A DNA stretch of 64,000 bases from Nitrososphaeria archaeon (GTDB lineage Archaea > Thermoproteota > Nitrososphaeria > Geothermarchaeales > JDFR-13). Positions 58,907 to 64,000 of the stretch are shown in pieces. Below the pieces are notes generated by a model that saw only the letters and a list, made by a program, of their open reading frames with translations, searched no databases and was not told where the DNA came from. The translations under genes were made by a program, and so were the position numbers. The stretch is from positions 352,001 to 416,000 of the forward strand of contig JALWXN010000004.1 of assembly GCA_027078545.1 (NCBI GenBank), read 5' to 3'. The stretch's first letter is position 1; each line of letters opens with the position of its first letter.

Positions 58907-59755
58907 TTAGCCCGGCCTAGATACACGTATATCCACCACTACCTGGGCCGTCCTGGGGGCTACCTCCCTCACCTCCCTTGCACTCGCCTCTAGGATCCTG
59001 TAGCCATTCTCCTCGGCCCTAGTCCTCACCTTCTCAACAGCCTTGTCTAGGGCCTCCTCCTCATCGCTGGTATAGGCTATGTGGAGGTATACATGTATCC
59101 ACCCGCCCTCCCTAGTCATCTCGAGGGCTGTGGGTAGGTAGTCGAGGGCGAGCTCTGGAAGTGGCATGACCACCCTGTCGATATCCCTGAAGCCATGCTC
59201 CCGACATATCTCTCCAGCGTCGCCTAGATAGGTGTAGACCCTATCACCCACCTTGTTGAGCAGATTGTTTATTACGTGGAGGTCCACGGCATAGGGGTTG
59301 ATATCTATACTGTGTACCTTGGCACCAGCCCTAGCCATCTGTATAGTGAATGTCCCGACCCCTGCGAACATGTTTACAGCGGTCTCCCCGGGCCTGACAA
59401 GCCCGGCTATCCTCCTCCTCTCATAGGAGAGGCGGGGGCTGAAGTATACCCTCGCAACATCTACGAGGAATCTGTATCCATACTCCTTGTAGAGGGTTAG
59501 TGTCCTCTCCTCCCCGGCTAGGTGTTCCAGCCTCCGGACGCGGAAGAGTCCCCCCACCGGGCTGGCCTGCCTATACACGGCCTTGATGTAGCTATGCCTC
59601 CTAATCATCTCCTCCCCGAGGATATACCTCCTATCGTCGAGGAGGTCCTCGGGGATCTTTATGATGGCTATATCCCCTATCAGGTCGTAGCTCCTGACTA
59701 TCCTCTGGTAGTCCTCCCCGTAGATCTCCCGGGCTATCTCCTCTAGGCCGGGCAC
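58907..59755 (-). CDS. tRNA methyltransferase, Trm5/Taw2 family
   Basis: DLIGDIAI, VYFSPRL..ER, MFAGVG, DINP, RVVMPLP. Confidence 0.88.
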   Translation of the reverse strand: MPGLEEIAREIYGEDYQRIVRSYDLIGDIAIIKIPEDLLDDRRYILGEEMIRRHSYIKAVYRQASPVGGLFRVRRLEHLAGEERTLTLYKEYGYRFLVDVARVYFSPRLSYERRRIAGLVRPGETAVNMFAGVGTFTIQMARAGAKVHSIDINPYAVDLHVINNLLNKVGDRVYTYLGDAGEICREHGFRDIDRVVMPLPELALDYLPTALEMTREGGWIHVYLHIAYTSDEEEALDKAVEKVRTRAEENGYRILEASAREVREVAPRTAQVVVDIRVSRPG

Positions 59756-60421
59756 CTATCCAAGGGCCTCCTTTATCCTCCTGAGGAGATAGTCTGGGGG
59801 TACCGCCCCCTCCCACTCGACCTTCTCGTTGACCACCACCTTTGGCACGGCGTATACGCCGTACTCGGAGGCTATGTCTGGGAAGCCGGATACCTCCCAG
59901 CCCTCCGCCTCGATATTCCTGTTTATCATTGCGAACATGTATGAGGTGTGTAGCATCTTGGGGCAGTATGGGCAGGAGGTTGTTACGAAGACCTTTATAT
60001 TGACCTTGTCCTCTATCGCCTCCACCTCCTCAGCCACGTTGCTCGGTAGGTGTACGTCCCCTGTGGAGACGTGTAGGATCGTCTCTAGGAAGGTAGGGAA
60101 CTCTGTCCCCGCTGGTACACCATAGTACTTTATCAGGCCCTTGTTCACCCCCTGTATAATCACTGCCGGGGCCTTTATCACACCAAGCCTCTTCCTGAGC
60201 TCTAGGTCGTTGTCGAAGTCGTACTCCACCACCTCGATCTTGTCGGTGAGCTCTGGGTCGCTTATCTCCATCAGTATCTGCTTGACGAGGTCGCAGTACT
60301 GGCACGAGGGGTCCTTACTGTTGAAGAATACCAGCTTAACAGGGTTCTCCAACTTACTCCAATACTCCTCCTTGAGTATCCTCCTATTCTCGTCGTCTAG
60401 TAGCCTATGCTGGTGCGACAT
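59756..60421 (-). CDS. Protein disulfide oxidoreductase (double thioredoxin fold)
   Basis: CQYC and CPYC motifs, G.P.G.EF, VPK. Confidence 0.92.
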   Translation of the reverse strand: MSHQHRLLDDENRRILKEEYWSKLENPVKLVFFNSKDPSCQYCDLVKQILMEISDPELTDKIEVVEYDFDNDLELRKRLGVIKAPAVIIQGVNKGLIKYYGVPAGTEFPTFLETILHVSTGDVHLPSNVAEEVEAIEDKVNIKVFVTTSCPYCPKMLHTSYMFAMINRNIEAEGWEVSGFPDIASEYGVYAVPKVVVNEKVEWEGAVPPDYLLRRIKEALG

Positions 60422-60460
60422 CTATATACACCCTCGGTCCAAACCTGTTTGAGCCATAAA

Positions 60461-60482
60461 ATAAGGGGGTCGGCCCCCTTAT
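60461..60482. promoter_or_regulatory. 22-bp inverted repeat in a divergent promoter region
   Basis: ATAAGGGGG-TCGG-CCCCCTTAT between the PDO and polB starts. Confidence 0.45.
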
Positions 60483-60529
60483 ATAGGGATGTTTATCCAG
60501 CCGGGTCGTAATAATATTGTTGTGGGGGG

Positions 60530-62836
60530 ATGAGCAGGGCCTCTATATGGATATTCGACGTTACGACGGAGCGTCTAGGCGGGCATGACGCAATAGTCCT
60601 ATGGGGCTTGAGGAGCGACGGTGCTGTGACCCCCCTGGTCGACACCTCCTTCGAGGACCATATCTACGTGGCTGGGCTTGATGTTGGGGAGGTTAGGGAG
60701 AGGGTCTCGGTGGCGGCTGCGGGGAGGGGTAGGATAAGGGTTGAGCCTGTGAGGCGTAGGTATAGGGGTGTCGAGCTCGAGGTAGCCAGGGTCTCCGGTG
60801 AGCAGGAGGCTGTCAAGGCTGTTGCCAAGGCCCTGGATAACGTGGCTGACGTGTTCGAGGCGGATGTCAGGCTCTCCCAGAAGTATATCCTCTACAGGGG
60901 GGTGAAGCCCTCCAGGTGGTACGAGGCGGTATATGAGGAGTTGGATAGGCCCTTCTACCCCGGGGCTGCTAGGCTGGTCGAGCTGGGGGAGGGTGAGGAC
61001 GCCCCTCCACCCAGCCTAAAAACGTTGGCGCTTGAGTTCATAACGCTCTCACGCCTAGGCTCTCCCGACCCGGATAGGGATCCCCTAGTGGCTATCGCAC
61101 TCTACTGGGGCGGGGAGGTTGAGTGGATATCTGGCGGCGATGAGAGGAGCCTTTTTAAGAGGCTCTCGGAGACAGTCTCGAGGCTTGATCCCGACGTGAT
61201 ACTAAGCTTCGGTGGTAATAGGGTCTTCTATCCATACCTGGTTGAGAGGGCTGGTAATCTAGGGGTCTCCCTCAGGCTGGGTAGGTATCCAGGGGAGATA
61301 TACCAGAGCGTCCTCGGACACTTCAGCATTGGGGGTAGGATAAACATCGATCTCTATGAATATGTGGATGACTCGCCCATATTCCAGATGAAGACTCTTG
61401 AGGAGCTTACTGCCTATCTCGGCCTCTCCCAGCCCCGTGTGAGGCTAGACCCTAACCTATATGCCCATTACTGGGAGTCCGACCGTGAGGCGTTGAGGGA
61501 GTATGTGGGGTGGAGGGTAGTATCTATATACAACTCCTTCGAGGTGGTTAGGGAGGAGGTGGTCTCACTATCCGCCATCACGGGTATCCCTATGGACTAT
61601 GTCCTGACTAGCAGCTCTGGGAGGAGGATAGAGTTCTACGTGATGGGTGAGGCGGTTAGGAGGGGTGAGCTCATCCCCCCACAGGTGGAGAGGAGGGTTA
61701 GGAGCTATCAGGGCGGCCTCGTTCTACAGCCTAGGCCTGGGCTCCACAGGGATATAGCGGTTATAGACTTCAAGTCCATGTATCCAAGCATAATGATGAG
61801 GTTCAACATAAGCCCTGAGACGGTGGTGGAGGGGAGGGTTGAGAATGGGGAGTATTTCGAGGAGCTCGGCCTCAGCGTACGTAGGGATATTGAGGGACTC
61901 TTCCCAAGCGTCCTCGGCCTCCTACTCAGTATGAGGGATGAGACGAGGAGATTGATGGAGGGCCTCAGTAGGGATGACCCTATGTACCGTGTCCTCGACG
62001 CTAGGCAGAAGACCCTGAAGATACTGGCCAACACGGTCTATGGATATATGGGGTGGGGAGCCGCTAGGTGGTATAGCGCCGAGGCTGCCTCCCTAGTGAC
62101 CTTCATAGGTAGGAGGATGATTAGTAGGAGTATGGATAAGGCCAGGGAGATGGGTCTCGAGGTTATATATGGGGATACGGATAGCCTCTTCATCCGGCAT
62201 GACCCCGCCAAGGTTGACGAGCTCCTGGGATGGATCTCTGAGTATCTGGGTATGGAGGCGAAGGTGGAGAAGGTTTATAGACGCCTCCTATTCACCTCGG
62301 CTAAGAAGAGGTATGCCGGTATCTATGACGGGGTTATAGATATTGTCGGCCTCGAGTATAACCGCAGGGACTGGTGTGGCTATGCCAGGGAGCTCCAGGG
62401 AGAGGTCGTTGCAGAGGTCCTTAGGGTTGGTGGTGTAGGTAGGAGTCTCGAGATACTTAGGGAGTATGTCTCTAGGCTTAGGAGGGGTGAGGTTCCCCTT
62501 GAGAAGCTTGTTATATGGGAGCAGATCACGAGGCCCCTCGACGAGTATCGTGTAAACGCTCCCCATGTGGAGGTGGCTAGGGAGCTGGCTAGGAGGGGCT
62601 GGAGGATAGGTAGGGGGGTCTTCATAGGCTATGTAGTCACTAGGGGGGAGGGGCCTATCTATAAGAGGGCTGTCCACTACCTCGAGGCGGATCCCAGCAT
62701 GGTTGATGTGAACTACTATATAGAGCATCAGCTCATACCTGTGGTGCATAGGGTGTTGGAGCCTCTGGGCGTGCCTAGGAAGAGGGTTGAGGCCGCGGCT
62801 AGGCATACTGGTCGTGGCCTCGACGCCTTCATGTGA
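60530..62836 (+). CDS. polB: Family B DNA polymerase (PolB3-like) with degenerate 3'-5' exonuclease motifs
   Basis: DFKSMYPS, KILANTVYGY, YGDTDS, KKRY intact; Exo I/II/III acidic residues missing. Confidence 0.93.
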   Translation: MSRASIWIFDVTTERLGGHDAIVLWGLRSDGAVTPLVDTSFEDHIYVAGLDVGEVRERVSVAAAGRGRIRVEPVRRRYRGVELEVARVSGEQEAVKAVAKALDNVADVFEADVRLSQKYILYRGVKPSRWYEAVYEELDRPFYPGAARLVELGEGEDAPPPSLKTLALEFITLSRLGSPDPDRDPLVAIALYWGGEVEWISGGDERSLFKRLSETVSRLDPDVILSFGGNRVFYPYLVERAGNLGVSLRLGRYPGEIYQSVLGHFSIGGRINIDLYEYVDDSPIFQMKTLEELTAYLGLSQPRVRLDPNLYAHYWESDREALREYVGWRVVSIYNSFEVVREEVVSLSAITGIPMDYVLTSSSGRRIEFYVMGEAVRRGELIPPQVERRVRSYQGGLVLQPRPGLHRDIAVIDFKSMYPSIMMRFNISPETVVEGRVENGEYFEELGLSVRRDIEGLFPSVLGLLLSMRDETRRLMEGLSRDDPMYRVLDARQKTLKILANTVYGYMGWGAARWYSAEAASLVTFIGRRMISRSMDKAREMGLEVIYGDTDSLFIRHDPAKVDELLGWISEYLGMEAKVEKVYRRLLFTSAKKRYAGIYDGVIDIVGLEYNRRDWCGYARELQGEVVAEVLRVGGVGRSLEILREYVSRLRRGEVPLEKLVIWEQITRPLDEYRVNAPHVEVARELARRGWRIGRGVFIGYVVTRGEGPIYKRAVHYLEADPSMVDVNYYIEHQLIPVVHRVLEPLGVPRKRVEAAARHTGRGLDAFM

Positions 62837-62845
62837 GGTGTGGGG

Positions 62846-64000
62846 ATGTCGGACAGGGTTAGGAGGTTCGTCGGCCTGGCTAGGGAGCTGGGTGGACATG
62901 TGCTCGGCCTTGAGGAGCCTGTAGCGATAGTCTCGAGCGATGATGCCGACGGCTTATCCGCGGCCTTCCTCATGACCCTCCTACTTGAGGAGGGGGGTAG
63001 GGAGTATGGCGTGGTGATAGTGGATAAGGCTTATCCCGAGCTGGTCAGGGGTATTGGGAAGCTATACTCATCAGCCGTCTTCCTAGACCTGGGTGGCCCC
63101 TTCTACAAGTACTGGGGTGAGGAGGAGCTGGGTAGGTATGTAGTGGTGGACGACCATATGGAGGCTATAAAGCCGCCGGAGGGCCTGGCCTATCTAAATC
63201 CTCATCGGGAGGGTGTTGAGGAGCCCACCCCGAGCAGCGTCATGGCATACCTCATGGCTATGGATCATGTTAAGAATATCGGGAGGTATGCATGGGCAGC
63301 CCTTCTCGGGCTGGGGGAGTCAGGCGCTATACCCACTGGCTACCTTGGCTTAGTCCTGACCCATGCAGTCTCATCGGGGGTGGTGGAGAAGAGGGGGAAG
63401 AGCCTCCGCCTCAGGATACACGACGTGGCTAGGGAGTATAAGTCTCTCTATAAGGATCTGACCCTGGTCTCTACTATGGGCTACTTCGACGAGGCTGGCC
63501 TCGACATAATAGCCTCGATGAAGTTTGGGGGTATGAGGGATGTGCTGGAGAGGGTTGAGGGCTATAGGGAGAGGCGTAAGGAGCTCTTCGACGAGATGTT
63601 CCGCCTAATGGATACTGGTGAGATGGTCTTCCACGGGAGGAGTGTCCAGTGGGTGGAGGATTATAAGGGGCTCTTCTACAACTATAGCCCGAGGGTCTTC
63701 GACACCTATATGTCGACCCTCTCCATGTATGCCCGCTACTTCGACCCTAGGAAGTATATCCTAGGCATAACGAATAGGAACCCCTACATCCCGGGCTATG
63801 GGATGCTGAGTAGTGACTGGGCCTCCATACCGATAAGGACGTCTAGGAAGCTGGCTTTCCGCATCAGGGTTGGCTCTGCCCAGCCGGTATTCGCCCTGGC
63901 GGAGGCCTCGGCCTTCCCACTGGGCGGCCTTGGCTATGGCTACGACGTGATAGGCTCCGTGGTTGTAGAGTCTGGTAGGGTTAGGGAGTTTATAAGGCTC
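62846..64000 (+). CDS. DHH-family (RecJ/GAN/HAN-like) protein, runs off the window end, absent from the ORF track
   Basis: MSDRVRRF..SSDDADGLSAA..FLDLG..VVVDDH..YLNP; frame open to window end. Confidence 0.8.
   Translation, partial: MSDRVRRFVGLARELGGHVLGLEEPVAIVSSDDADGLSAAFLMTLLLEEGGREYGVVIVDKAYPELVRGIGKLYSSAVFLDLGGPFYKYWGEEELGRYVVVDDHMEAIKPPEGLAYLNPHREGVEEPTPSSVMAYLMAMDHVKNIGRYAWAALLGLGESGAIPTGYLGLVLTHAVSSGVVEKRGKSLRLRIHDVAREYKSLYKDLTLVSTMGYFDEAGLDIIASMKFGGMRDVLERVEGYRERRKELFDEMFRLMDTGEMVFHGRSVQWVEDYKGLFYNYSPRVFDTYMSTLSMYARYFDPRKYILGITNRNPYIPGYGMLSSDWASIPIRTSRKLAFRIRVGSAQPVFALAEASAFPLGGLGYGYDVIGSVVVESGRVREFIRL

Noticed and set aside
1-64000. CRISPR array, cas genes, rRNA, IS transposases
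   Set aside because: No regularly spaced repeats, rRNA-like tracts or transposase motifs noticed by eye

Overview
Gene-dense segment of a probably thermophilic TACK/Thermoproteota-type archaeal chromosome, inferred from L38e, S26e, SmAP3-type Lsm, an archaeal histone, class I LysRS, FBP aldolase/phosphatase, intron-containing tRNAs and C/D box sRNAs. Most genes are housekeeping (argS, lysS, proS, tpi, pgk, gdhA, aIF1, Trm5, Trm112, Lhr). The window also has four tRNAs (Glu-CTC with 1 intron, Arg-CCG, Arg-GCG, Gln-CTG with 2 introns), two C/D box sRNAs and a five-gene type IV pilus-like locus. Two small AT-rich islets abut the tRNA-Arg 3' ends: a putative restriction-modification pair, and a RelE toxin-antitoxin pair plus a PLD-family protein. 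The strongest candidate for an under-described system is an operon at 45.4-49.3 kb. It encodes a metallo-beta-lactamase-fold hydrolase, a half-size Smc5/6-like ATPase with no evident hinge, a kleisin and an Nse1/Nse3-like KITE protein, and it converges on an Lhr helicase. Other notable items: a family B polymerase with all proofreading motifs degenerate, followed by a degenerate DHH (RecJ/GAN-like) protein; a CcmF-like membrane protein lacking the recognisable haem-handling motifs; a bacterial-type GAPDH; and a histone variant. All family assignments are from motif recognition by eye; no database searches were run.
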